Shown: piece after piece, positions 37,401-50,398 of the stretch
Layout: every line of letters begins with the position of its first letter
Numbering within the stretch: the stretch's first letter is position 1
From: Azolla caroliniana
Taxonomy: Eukaryota > Plantae > Polypodiophyta
Length of the DNA stretch: 64,000 nucleotides
Assembly (NCBI GenBank): GCA_043228905.1
Contig: JBHGNT010000020.1
Span: 3,782,001-3,846,000, forward strand
Reading direction: 5' to 3'
The notes under the pieces: model-generated
The model's database searches: none
What the model saw: the letters and a program-made list of their open reading frames with translations, nothing else
What the model was told of the DNA's origin: nothing
Translations under genes and position numbers: made by a program

Positions 37401-38249
37401 AATTACAAAAAAAAAGTAAACAGTAAAAAGAGAAAAGAGACATGATGAAGACAATGTATGTACACACATTTTTGAGTGTGCCATATTTCAGAAACATTCC
37501 CCTCTGTCTGATCTTGTCTTGTTCCATGTCATTACATTTCTTGATTGTTCTTCGTTTCTCTTTTCGTCACTACCTAACCTATTTCATTGAGAGTGATATG
37601 GTAACAAACATTAACTCGAAATAACAAACATATAACCATTCAAAAGAGCCAAATCAAATCCAAAACTATCTAGAAAGTTCGCACACTTCTCACCAACAAT
37701 TATGCAATGTGCATACATACATTCATGTAGTTTAAAGCTTTCAAATATTCTACCAAATGTGAATCATAAAGTAAAAATGTTTCCAAGAACATTTATATCT
37801 TACCATCTCCAACCACCACCCACACTACTTTTTGAAACCAACCATCCCAAGTAATAATAAACAAGACTCATCATCCTATACATAATGGCATCACACAAAT
37901 TTTGCCTTGAACTCACCAAATTGAACTTTGGAAAAAGCATGCGATGAATGAATGCATGGATTTAAGAAAGTATGAGTTTGAAATCCAATTTGATTTTGAA
38001 AGTGGAAGGACATAGTAACATTTAAGATAATTAGAGAGAGATGCTTCTAAATTATCAAAATCGTTTTTGGAAATAATTTTTATTTATTTTATTATCAAAA
38101 TCAAAATGTTTCAATATATAAATTCCCCTATTTTAAAATGTTTCATTCTAGAAGCAATATGTTGCAATAAAAACAAGAAGATAATAATAGGACATCCTAG
38201 TAATCTTGATTTACATGATTATCAAACAAATGAGAGAAGATCGAAGTTT

Positions 38250-38405
38250 GATTGTACTAGAAGTTGCTATGAAATGCAACTCTTTCCAAATGACAAAAAT
38301 GTAACTAGATTGTACTAGAAGTTTCTATGAAATGTAACTCTTACCAAATGAGAGATCAAAGATTGTACTAGAAGTTTCTATGAAATGTAACTCTTACCAA
38401 ATGAC
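38250..38405. repeat. Tandem repeat, 3 units of about 53-58 bp
   Basis: GATTGTACTAGAAGTT(G/T)CTATGAAATG(C/T)AACTCTT(T/A)CCAAATGA occurs three times. Confidence 0.85.
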
Positions 38406-39394
38406 AAGAACAATTGATTAATCTTGGAACCAGCATGAATTGTGGTAAGTGTGGTTTGATAGACGGTCAAGTTAATAATCAAAGAGAGTAATACATCATG
38501 AGAGAAAACGGGAAGAAAATAGTGTTTTTATTTATTTACAAATAAAAAAGTTCAATGCTTCACTTGGATCACAAGAGAAAAAACAAGTGAAAAGAATTTA
38601 CAATGAAAACAAGCGAAAACATGATGAAAACAATTTATAATGTTCTATAGAGTCTAAGCAAAACAAACAAACATAAGGAACTATAGACCAATGAAAGGTA
38701 AATTGGGGTGCCTAACATGCATGATGGATCCAAACCTCCTCGCTCATAAAAGCAATTGTCATACATACACATTTCAAGACACAAGTTCGTCGAGGCAAAC
38801 CACACCACAACTTGAAGAGGGATGAAGAAGGGAGTACCAAGCTATCATCACTCAGAATTCTTCCTCTCAATAAGGTCATCTTTCCAAATTCAAGCTCCTC
38901 GTGGTGCAACACGACTTTCACATGCATGCACAAGTTTACACAAAACATGCATGTGAGAAAGCTAAGGAGGATTACTAGAGACTCAGACAAGAGAAAATGG
39001 TTTCCTTGATGAAGGAATGGAGTGCAGGTGAATAATAGTAGTATCCCACTTGATAAAAGCGTGGGGCAACACAATTAGATCCCCCCGCCCCCCCCCCTTT
39101 TTCTCAAAATGTTGGTGCTTGCAAGTGAATTACTTGCAGACCTTTTTAGTTCCTTATATTTATTATTATTGAATGAATACATATACTATGCCCATTCACG
39201 TATGTGATTATGTGTAAATTTATGTCTAGTTATTATTATTAAAGAGACAAATATGTTTCAAGGGCCGGCAGTGAGAAATGGCCGACGTGGCATCAAAGAG
39301 TAGTAAGTCAGGGACATCGTTTGACTCTCTTTTTAGAATATAAAATAAAGAATAATACTAGGAGAAAAATAAAACCATATTATGATAATTAAAG

Positions 39395-39664
39395 TGACAA
39401 GAATACACGCTCCCTAAGCTCAACACTCGGCCACAATCGAGTGTAGGATCAAACACAGAAAACGGGTAAGGTACGCACGACACAGTGAAGAGAAGAGTAC
39501 ACAGGATGTTAATGTGGAAAAACCCAAACTAGGGAAAAACCACGGCAGCCCACAGACTGCAAACTATCACTATATCACAATGTACAATAGTAAAGCACCG
39601 AGGCAACGACCTCGAGCTTGCTATCTTCGCCATAGGCGACGGTTACAACAGAGGCAACGACCTC

Positions 39665-39700
<36 letters not shown>

Positions 39701-40008
39701 CACAGTTACGCGCTCAAATCTTGCACCAACAAGAATGACAACAACCACACACTAAGTTTGCCCTAAGTCATATTTATACTAATATGACTTTTCGACTATT
39801 TACAAATATAGCCCCGATGGACTCTCTGAAAACATATTTACGAATATGTCCCTTCATCCGGTGAGCACTTCTCACCGGGCCTTCGCCATCCGGCTCTTGC
39901 CGGGTACTTGTCATCCGGTTCTCACTAGGTCTTCCGTTGCCCGGTACTCCACATCCGGTTCTCATCGGGTCTTCTCACTTCCCATCGAGAGGGACCTGTT
40001 TCCTGACA
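39395..40008 (-). repeat. 3' LTR of Copia-C
   Basis: Near-identical to 45191-45794; adjacent to the PPT. Confidence 0.94.
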
Positions 40009-41596
40009 AACTCCCCCTTCACTCCGGTATGGGATGTCTTACTAGTCCAATCCACTTCCGACATGCATCCAACTTGTCAGGTGTCAGTACTTTGGTCAGA
40101 ATATCTGACCCGTTCTCGGCCGTGTGGATCTTCATCAACGCGAACTCTCAATCTTCTACTCGCTCCCGGATCCAGTGATACTTACGCTGGATGTGCTTTG
40201 TCCTGGAGTGGTACGCTGCGTTCTTAGCAAGGTGGATGACACTTTGACTGTCACAATAGAGCCAGTATTCATCTTGCCGGATACCGAGCTCTCCGATGAA
40301 GTCCTTCATCCATAGTATTTCCTTGCCGGCTTCCACAACCGCCATGTACTCCGCCTCCGTGGTTGACAATGCAACCGTCTTCTGCAGCCTCGACTGCCAT
40401 GAAACAACTCCCCCTGCATATGTCATTACATACCCGGATGTAGACCGCCTGGTATCCACATCAGCCGACATGTCCAAATCGGTAAAACCGTCAAGTTGAG
40501 GTTTACCGGGGCCGAATCGGAGACACATGTTCGAAGTGCCCTTCAAGTACCGGAGTATCCATTTGACCACGTTCCAGTGCTCCTCGTCGGGATTGCTCAT
40601 AAACGGGCTCACCACTCTGACTGCGTATCCTATATCCGGTCGGGTACACACCATTGCGTACATTAAGCTCCCGACGGCAGAGGCATATGGAACCTTCATC
40701 ATATCAGCCTTCTCTACTTTCGTCTTCGGGCTTTGCTTATTGGATAATCTGCAGTTTGCCGGGAGTGTCGATCCGACTGGTTTCACTTCTAACATGTTGA
40801 ACCGCTGAAGCACCTTTGTCACGTATTTCTCCTGTGACAAGCCACAGTTGCTTCGTTGGCCGGTTCCGGATGATATGCATCCCCAACATCTGTCTTGCCG
40901 GACCCAAGTCTTTCATTGCGAAAGTTCGGTTGAGAGCCTTCTTCAGCATCCATATTCTGGCTTGGTCCCATTCGACGATCAACATGTCATCCACGTACAG
41001 AAGGAGTATCAGGAACTCGCCTCCTTTGAACTTCTTCACAAACACGCAGTGATAAGCCTGCGTCTTGTGGTACCCTTGATCGGTCATGAAGGAGTCGAAC
41101 TTCCGGTACCATTGCCGGGGATCCTGTTTCAGTCCGTACAGGCTCTTCTTCAAGCGACAAACTAGATGCTCCTTCCCTTTCTCCACGAATCCTTCCGGTT
41201 GCTGCATGTAGATCTCCTCTTCGAGGTCACCGTGAAGGAATGCCGTCTTCACATCCAGCTGCTCTACCTCGAGGTCCATGCTTGCCGCTATACTCAGCAC
41301 CATCCGGATGGAGGTCATCTTTACTACCTAGGCAAATATCTCGTCGAAGTCCACGCCCTTCTTTTGTTGGAACCCCTTCACCACGATCCTGGCTTTGTGT
41401 CTCGGGGGGTTGCCGGTGTCGTGAAGTACGAAAGCTTCACATTAAAAGTCTACAATAAGATAAATACGTAACTAAAATAACATTTGATAATGTTTTATAT
41501 ATAAAGATAATATTAACAACACATATGATAATATTAGATATATATGTAAAGAAAAATAATATATATATAAATAGATAAATATATTATACTACATGA

Positions 41597-41665
41597 ACAA
41601 GAGAGGACTTGAACCAATAACCCTACCCTATGACTCTCAAATCTTATCATTTACTCTATACTAGT
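41597..41665 (-). ncRNA. tRNA-like A-box/B-box cassette in LTR
   Basis: Minus strand TAGAGTAAATGATAA...GTCATAG...GGTTCAAGTCC at tRNA-like spacing. Confidence 0.5.
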
Positions 41666-41749
41666 AATATACATAAAGTAAAGCATACTTTATATTACAT
41701 AAAGGATTTGCTTCATGATATAAAAATAAAGTTGTATGTTATATTTAAT

Positions 41750-41820
41750 ACTATTTTGAGACTCAAACCCACAACCTCATACACCAAAGTCAACACAACT
41801 ACCATTAGGCTAAGTCCTTT
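41750..41820 (-). ncRNA. Second tRNA-like cassette in LTR
   Basis: Minus strand TAGCCTAATGGTA...GGTTTGAGTCTC. Confidence 0.45.
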
Positions 41821-42116
41821 CTCTTTAAGACTATATTTTCATGTTTATTGTTATTGCATATATTGTTTCATACATAAAAGCTCAAATGAGCGGGATGTTT
41901 ATCATGCATCACATGTAATGCATGAACGCCAAATGGCGATCATGCATCACATGCATGTCTTGTACCCTCCAATGCATCATATGCATGGGGGCACCTATTT
42001 AAAGGGTGAAAGAGAAGATCAAAAGGGGAATATGTATGAGATATCAATCAAATTATGTATTACATAAGAGATACCATAAAAATAGATAAAGAAGGGGAGA
42101 AGTTTAACATAAAGGT

Positions 42117-42190
42117 GGAGCTCTAGCTTGGCGGTCGTGATGGTCAACTCTCAACAAGAGGAGGGCGGTTCGAGCCTTATCTTCATCAAA
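42117..42190 (+). ncRNA. Third tRNA-like cassette in LTR (sense)
   Basis: TAGCTTGGCGG (42124)...GGTTCGAGCC (42167); conserved at 57324/57367. Confidence 0.45.
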
Positions 42191-45190
42191 ATATTGAAGT
42201 GAAGATTGTAGTGGTCTATGATCAAGAAAGAGAAGAGTGATTACCTTGCAAGATAAAATTCGGAGGTTCAACGACGTGCATAATCATTTTGTAACTCTTT
42301 CATGAAAATGATTATAAATTTCATACACTTTCTCATATATTATTTTATATCTTATCTTGTCTTATCTTATATTCCTTAAAAATCCTATTTTGTCATATCT
42401 TATTGATCTCTATTCACTCCATCTATACTCTTTCGTCTCTTCTGTCCATAATCCTAGTGATTCCATCCTCACTTTCACGTTATCCTTTGTGTGTGCAACG
42501 CTACGCTTCTAGGCGAGCCACGTCACGACACCGGCATCTCCCGGTTTCAACTTGTACACCCACTTGTTTCGGAGTGCTCGCTTTCCTTTCAACAACTCCA
42601 TCAATTTGTATGTATGGTTCTCATGCAGGGAATCCATCTCATCCTGCATGGCACTTAACCATTTGCGGCTATGGGCGTCACTTTTAGCTTCCTCGAAGCT
42701 TTCTGGCTCCCTCTCATCGGTCAGCAGCACATGCTCTGCATCCGGAAATCTCCCGGGGGGCCTTCTCTCTCTAAGAGGATATCTTCGTCTTTGGCCTTTG
42801 GCAACCGGCTCCACTATTTGTTCTTCATCCGAATCCGATTCGGGGTCTTGGCCGGCTCCGATTTCAGCTTCCTCTACTTCTTCTTTTGCCGGTTTGGTAT
42901 TCTCACCGTAACCGGCTGGTTCCTCGAGTGTCAACCGGCTCTTAGCCGGGTGTTTCTGAATCTCATCGGTGTTCATTATCTTCTTCTCCGACTCCTAGTT
43001 GGCAAGAGTCTTGTCCTCCATGAAGATAATATCTGAACTCCGGAAAGCCTTCTTGTCAACCGGATCCCACACTCGGTAGCCAAACTCATCATCGCCGTAT
43101 CCGAGGAATATGCATGGCCCGGTCTTTGGATCCAACTTTCCTCTCTGGTCGTTAGCAACATGCATGTACACGAGACACCCGAACACCTTCAGATGCCGGT
43201 AGGACACTTCCTTACCGGTCCACACCTTCTGCGGTGTGTCTCCATCCAAGGGCATTGAGGGTGATCTGTTTACCACATACGTCGCTGTTAATAGCGCCTC
43301 AACCCAAAACGTCTTGGGTAATTTTGCATGCGCCATCATACTCCGGACCCTTTCCATTATGGTCAGGTTCATCCTCTCGGCCAACCCGTTTAGTTCTGGC
43401 ATCTTCAGCATGGTAAATTCGAGCCGCATTCCCTTTGAGTGACAATACTCCTCGAATTGCCCCCGGTATTCACCTTCGTTATCTGCTCGAACCGCCTTCA
43501 GCTTCCGGCTGGTTTCTCTTTCCACTCTCGCGTGGAGCTCTTTGAAGACGGATAGCACTTGATCCTTCGTCTTCAACGGTGTGGCCCACAACTTTCGGCT
43601 GTGGTCATCTATGAACGTCACGAAGTACTGCGATTCGGCATGTGACTTCATGTCCACTTGACATACATCAGTATGCACCAACTCTAGTGGTGCATTACGT
43701 CTCATTGGTGGCCTTGATCGGAAGGAGGTCCGGTTTTGTTTACCGGCCAGACAATCAGTGCACTTCTCCAAGTGCACGTTCTTCACTGGAATGAGCTTGT
43801 CGTCTACAAGCCTCTTCATCCCCTTCTCGCTCATGTGACACAACCTCTTGTGCCAAAACTCACCGGCAGTGTCGGAAGCCATGTTCACTTCTTCCGGGCA
43901 TATCCGGGCATTCATCAAGTACAACGTGTTTACCTTCCGGGCCCGAGCCACAATCAGGCTCCCTTTGTTGAACTTCATAACACCGTTCCGGATGCTACCC
44001 GTGTAGCCTTCATCATCTAGCCGACCGGCTGATATTAGGTTTAGACGAACCTCTGGAACGTGTCAGACATCCTTCGGCAACAGCTTGCATCCGGTTGGTG
44101 TTGTCAACCACATGTCTCCTATGCCGACAATTCGGCATGTACCTTCATTCCTCATCCGGACACATCCGTGATCATCGACTGAGTAGGATGAGAAGCATTT
44201 CCGGTTCGGGGTAAGGTGGAACGACGCTCCGGAGTCGACCACCCAGGTCATCTCGTCACCGGCAAGGTTTAGCTCACTCTCCTCGGTGATGAGCATCAAC
44301 TCTTCTTCACTTGCCGCGATTGCCGTCGTTCCCTTCCATTCCATTCCCCTCCGGTCTTTACCGTTCCGGTCCGGTGTCCGCTTCGAATCGGTGTCGTCGG
44401 TTTCCTTGTCTTTTCGGAAGTGCCGACAGTTTTTCTGGAATTGTCCCGGCCTGCTGCAATAAAAGCAGGTAGGCCTCACCCTTGACTTTGACCGTGTCCC
44501 TGACTCCTCCCGGTTCTGGGGACTATGGTTCCTTTGTCTTCCGCGTTCCGATTTGGTAATGAGCGCTTTGGAGTCGGAGTTCGTATCCTTGTCTTTCCGA
44601 CGTGCCTCCTCATCTAGCAAGCTCGACTTCACTCTTGCCAGGGATAATCGTTTCCCTTCCGGCCCGACGTTGCCCAAAGTGACAACCAATGTCTCCCAGC
44701 TATCTAGGAGGGAACCGAGCAGGAGTAGCGCTAGTACCTCATCGGCGAGAGGTACTTCCAATGATGTTGCCTGGTGGATCAGCCCCTAGAAGGCATTCAT
44801 GTGCTCCGCCATGCTGGAGCCATCTTGGTACTGGAGTCTTACTAGCTTCCGAAATACCGAAACCTGATTAACAACATTTTTGTTTTGAAACATAATGCTG
44901 ATATTCTCCCAGAGCTCATGAGCCTTGCTCTCTTCATTGAAGTTGTTGTATAGACTCATGTCGATGAAGCACCGTATGTACGCCGTTGTCTTCATGTGCA
45001 TCACCTCCCATATCATGGCGTCAATTTTGTCCGGTCTCTTGTCCCCGAACTGAACCGACAACCAAGGATCTTTAACCACGAGCATGTCCCTCATCTTCAA
45101 CTTCCACACCGAATAGTTGGAGCCGGTGAGCTTGAACATGCCTCCCAACGAATCGTCCATTTTCTGTGTCGTTTCGCTCTGATACCACTT

Positions 45191-45794
45191 TGACAGGAAT
45201 ACACGCTCCCTAAGCTCAACACTCGGCCACAACCGAGTGAAGGATCAAACACAGAAAATGGGTAAGGTACGCACGACACAGTGAAGAGAAGAGTACACAA
45301 GATGTTAATGTGGAAAAACCCAAACTAGGGAAAAACCACGGTAGCCCACAGACTGCAAACTATCACTATATCACAATGTACAATAGTAAAGCACCTAGGC
45401 AACGACCTCGAGCTTGCTATCTTCGCCACAGGCGGCGGTTACAACAGAGGCAACGACCTCTTCCTCTCTCTCTCTCTCTCTGTGTACACAGTTACGCGCT
45501 CAAATCTTACACCAACAAGAATGACAACAACCACACACTAAGTTTGCCCTAAGTCATATTTATACTAATATGACTTTTCGGCTATTTACAAATATAGCCC
45601 CGATGGACTCTCAGAAAACATATTTACGAATATGTCCCTTCATCCGATGAGCACTTCTCACTGGGCCTTCGCCACCCGGCTCTTGCCGGGTACTTGTCAT
45701 CCGGTTCTCACCGGGTCTTCCGTTGCCGGGTACTCCACATCTGGTTCTCACCGGGTCTTCTCACTTCGCATCCGGAGGGACCTGTTTCCTAACA
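45191..45794 (-). repeat. 5' LTR of Copia-C
   Basis: Adjacent to the PBS (45174-45187) and the TSD. Confidence 0.94.
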
Positions 45795-47250
45795 TAAAGT
45801 AAGAAATAAATATTCTTGAAATACCGTTGTCTTATGAAAACGTTTTGTAACTACCATCTCTCATTATATACACATTGTAACCACTATTCATCTCTCATTA
45901 TTCGAAGGAATTCCAACGAAGTCATTTACTATATATCTATATGCAAGGGATGCATCTACGGTAAACAACGTCTACCGAAGTTTTCAATTTGCAAATAGAA
46001 AAGGATGGAAAGACCACTACAACTAATTCATTTAGACTTATGTAAACCTATGCAATCTCTATCAATAGATGGTAACAAGTATTTTATTTCATTTATAGAT
46101 GGCGTCACAAGATTCACGGTCTTATACTTTCTTAAGAAGAAATCAGGAGCATACAATGCATTTACAAGTTACAAAGCATATGTAGAAAATCAATGTCAAC
46201 TTAAGATCTCGACTATTCGCACTGACAATGGAGGGGAGTGCTTCAATGATGAATGGATGAGGTTTTGTGAAGAAAATGGTATAGCTGAACGTAAGCATCG
46301 AACCCTCGTAGACGCAAGTTGAAGTATGATTCAAGTTGCCGGATTGCCTCTCCGATTCAGGCAAGAAGTAGTTGCCCACTACATGTTAGCTATAGAACTG
46401 ATCATCACATAAGATACTTGGTCTTGAAACACCATGTTCACTTTGGTTTAAGCACAAACCAAACCTTGCTCATCGCGAGTGTTTGGTTCGATTGCTTACA
46501 TCCATATACCTACAAACAAAAGGAAGAAATTAGATCCTCATACAAGAAAATGTATCTTCACTGGATATGGTGAATCTTTTGGAATTAAAGCATGCAAATT
46601 ATTTGATTTGCATACATGCAAGTTTCTTTTTAGTCGATTAGTCATAATTGATGAAATAAGTACCGGAGGAACAAAGACAAAATGAGGTATGCGGTTTTAA
46701 ATGAAACCTAAAGATTAATGATAACTTCGAATGTTTCACAAATAAAAAACTATGGTGATCCAATCACAAGGGGTTTATTGAAGTGGCTTCAACATCGACA
46801 ACACGCAAATGCTCTAACAGAAGATGAGAAGATTGGAGTAACTCACTACTTATACAATGTACCTACCTACTATGACAAGCAAGGACTCAGATCACCGTGT
46901 AAGGATTATTCAAGCGAGCAAATGAGGAATGATGACATACTCAAGTTGCGGACGAAATATTATGAAGGAAAATATCGGTCACTAAAGTCTTACCAGAATC
47001 GCGTAAGCTACAATGACATATTAGTGAAAGATTTCAAAAGGGCAACTCACAGAAGAGAGTTACATCAATGGCTAATGAAAAATCCAGAACTTTGACAAAA
47101 TAAAGAAGATGAGTTCATTAATTGTTCCCCCACATCCCTACAAAAATGACTACTACAAGAAGAAACAAATTCACAACATCAAGAAGGTTGGAAGCCACAC
47201 CTCCGCATCAATAGCCGAAGGAGGAAAGCAGGATGAAGATGATTAGATGC

Positions 47251-47421
47251 TGTTGGGAAACCGGTCCTACTGGATGGGATCTAGACAGTCATATTTGTAA
47301 ATAGCCCCAAAGTTATATATGTATAAATATAACTAGGGCAACACTGTTTTGTATAGTAGATGCAGTTGTTGGTATTATTACTGTGTGTGTGTTGTAGAGA
47401 GAGAGAGAGAGAGAGAGAGAG

Positions 47422-47499
<78 letters not shown>

Positions 47500-47751
47500 A
47501 GTTTCTGTTGTAATCGCCGATTCGCGAAGACAGAGCTTGAGGTCGTTGCCTCTGAGTCTCAGACCATTGTACCCTTCCTCTCTCATAGTGATAGTTGGAG
47601 TTTGTGGGATCCCGTGATTTTTCCCGATTAGGGTTTTCCACGTTAACATATGGTGTCGTCTCTTCTACCTTGTCAAGTGCATTGTTATTTTCTATTTATT
47701 TCTTCCATTGTGTGTTTGAGACTTGGTTGTGGCCGAGCACTGTTTCTATCA
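47251..47751 (+). mobile_element. Solo LTR related to Copia-C, with long (GA)n
   Basis: TG...CA; flanks GATGC and GGTGC; its reverse complement matches the Copia-C LTR block (GTGGAAAA..CCC..GGGAAAAA.CACGG...ACTATCACTAT). Confidence 0.8.
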
Positions 47752-48202
47752 GGTGCAACATCAACATCACCCACAACAATGCAGGCATACCCAACACGAC
47801 CAACAACAACGCAACCATCCCCAACATGACCAACAATAGTATGGACAGCAGCAACGCGACCAACATCAACAACAGTGCAACCAACAACAGGAACAATGCG
47901 GATTACAACCCGATCTGCATCAAGAAGGCGTCAAATCTCGGAGTAACACAATGCAAAAGCAAAAGGAAACGTTGGTGCAGAGAAGGAGCAACGAATCTGA
48001 CAGTGAAACAAGTCCTTTTATGGTGGAAGATTCTTTTTTCAAGCGTGCTACTTCTTCCCTCTCCTTTAGTTCAATTAAGTTTGAGCAACCAATTGATCAA
48101 TATCCTTTTTTGTCACCTACTCATCTATTCACACCTATTCACACAAGCTAAGGTTTAACAAATTGTTCTCTAGTGAATTTAAGTATTCCACATACAGGAT
48201 TT

Positions 48203-48286
48203 TGTTGAAGTCTAAGAGAATCAATGCGGAAACAAGTACAACATCTATGTAGAGAAGATCACCAAGTTAACAAGTTAAATAGGATC

Positions 48287-48317
<31 letters not shown>

Positions 48318-50123
48318 CAAAGAGGCACACAATGTAACAATCTTATTCCAAAAGTTACAATACAAGAATGACACTACCAACCACTACAACTAGGTTACAA
48401 AAGTCAGTTTAAATACCAACTGACTAAGGGCAATTGCCCTTTCCACTATTTACATGAATAGCCCTTTCCCGTATTCGACACTCCCCCATAATGGGCATAT
48501 ACAACAAAAATTTGTAATCAAGAGAATAGATAGAAAATATAGATTTATACAAACGGGTTGTCGAACAAGTCGGCTTTTGCCCAAATTTGTCAATGTCCCA
48601 GAAACAAGAAGCCAGATAGACTGAAGCCGAAAGGGCTAAGCTCGAGTCGGTTGATTCAAAATTGAGTCCCAGTCGGAGAGTTTGGAGCCGGGTCGACTAT
48701 GCTAATTGGCGAATCTTAAAATGTTGATGCCGAATGTTTGAAACCACTCAATCAGACTAATTTCTCATAATGCCCATCTGGTGCTGAAGAGACCGGAAAC
48801 AAAATGTCGGAAGACACTTGTTCATCCCATCTGCAACATTATCGGTTGTAGGTATGTTCTCGAGGCTGATTTTCCCTAAAATGATGCAGTCCCGAACAAA
48901 GTGATAGCTCACATTGATGTGCTTCGAGGTGTTGTGCTAGACCGGATTTTTCGATAGAGCACAACACCTTGACTGTCACTATAGACAACTATAGCCAAGT
49001 CGGAGTCGACTTGTCGAAATGTGAGCCATAAGGTCTCTTTTGTCGCGTCGAACATGGCTACATATTCGGCCTTGGTCGTTGACGTAGCAGTGCACTCCTG
49101 AAGTTTCTACTTCCATGAGATTGCTCCATTACCGAATTTAAAGTAGTATCTAGTTGTCAATTTTCGATTGTTCACACAATCGGCAAAGTCCAAGTCGGTA
49201 TAATCGACTATGCTTGAAGTATCGTTCGGACTGAATAGGATGCCATAGTTTTTTGTGCCCATGAGGTATCTGAACACATGCTTTACTGCATTCCAATGCG
49301 ATCGGTTGGGATTGTGCATGAATCTATTGAAGACTCCTACGGCATGAACAATGTTAGGCCGTGTCGCGACCATTGCCTACATTAGGGAGCTGACTACCAG
49401 TGCATATGGGGTACCAACTTCATATCTTCCCCCTCTAGACCAGATGTCGTGCAGTCTTGCTGCGACAAGCGAAGGTTGATAGGGAGCGGGGTTGAGGCAA
49501 AATTGTCCTGCATGTTGAAATGTCCTAAGACATGTCTAATATAGTTAGCTTTAGATAGGAACAACTGTCTTTGATTCCGATGTCGACTTATCTTCATCCC
49601 TAGAATGTGTCTCACCGGACCGAGGTCCTTCATGGCGAACTTCAACCGTAGTTGCCGAACAAGATCGGTAAGCTCTTGGGTATGCCGGCTAGAGAGTAGC
49701 ATGTCGTCCACGTGGATGATGAGGAAGATGGGTGATCCATCTTGAGTTGTTTTGGTGAAGAGACAATGGTCCTCATCGTTCTTTGAGAAGTGGACTGATT
49801 GGATGAAGTCGTCGAACTTCTTGTACCACTGTCGAGGTGCCTGATTTAGGTCGTACAAACTCTTCTTGAGTTGGCAGACTTGAGTGGAGTGCGGACCAAC
49901 TAGTGTCTTTCTTCCCTTCTCTTGATGGTTGTTGAACTTAGGGTCTTCAAGAAGACAAGGGCAAGGATGTTGTTGAAGATAGATGATGGCTGACGACAAG
50001 TTGAAGAATTTGGCTCTGATACCAGATGTTGGAGTTTGAGACCGTCAATGCAGAAACAAGAACAACATATATGTTGAGAAGATCACCAACTTAACAAGTT
50101 AAACAAGGTCAAGGAGCCAGAGT

Positions 50124-50193
<70 letters not shown>

Positions 50194-50398
50194 AAGAGGC
50201 ACACAATGTAACAATCTTATTCCAAAAGTTACAATACAAGAATGGCACTATAAACGACTACAACTAGGTTACAAAAATCAATTTAAATACCAACTGACTT
50301 AGGGAAACTTCCCCTTCCAATATTTACATAAATAGCCTAAAACTTAGTATGTCCAAATGGGACCGTGTGAATACGTCCATTATTTCCCGTATTCGACA
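48203..50398 (-). mobile_element. 2.2-kb internally deleted Copia (LTR-PBS-partial RT-RH-PPT-LTR)
   Basis: LTRs 48203-48480 and 50027-50398; ATTT on both flanks; PBS at 50013-50024; RT from LKKSLYDLNQAPRQWY, then RH; no gag, PR or IN. Confidence 0.88.

Larger units (their letters stand above)
41417..42530 (+). mobile_element. Solo LTR of the Gypsy-T family inserted in the Copia-C RT
   Basis: TGTCGTGA...TCACGACA termini; 4-bp TSD CCGG; removing it restores KLKPGDAGNPPRHKARIV in frame; homologous to the LTRs at 56612 and 62672. Confidence 0.92.
39395..45794 (-). mobile_element. Full-length Ty1/Copia (Copia-C, Tork/Tnt1-like)
   Basis: LTRs 39395-40008 and 45191-45794; TSD TAAAG at 39390-39394 and 45795-45799; PBS TGGTATCAGAGCGA; PPT AGGGGGAGTT; gag, PR (WVVDSGASFH), IN, RT (LLLYVDDMLI) and RH ORFs. 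Confidence 0.96.

Noticed and set aside
41597-41820. LTR cassettes as genuine tRNA genes
   Set aside because: The stems pair poorly and no full cloverleaf can be drawn; they are kept only as tRNA-like promoter cassettes.
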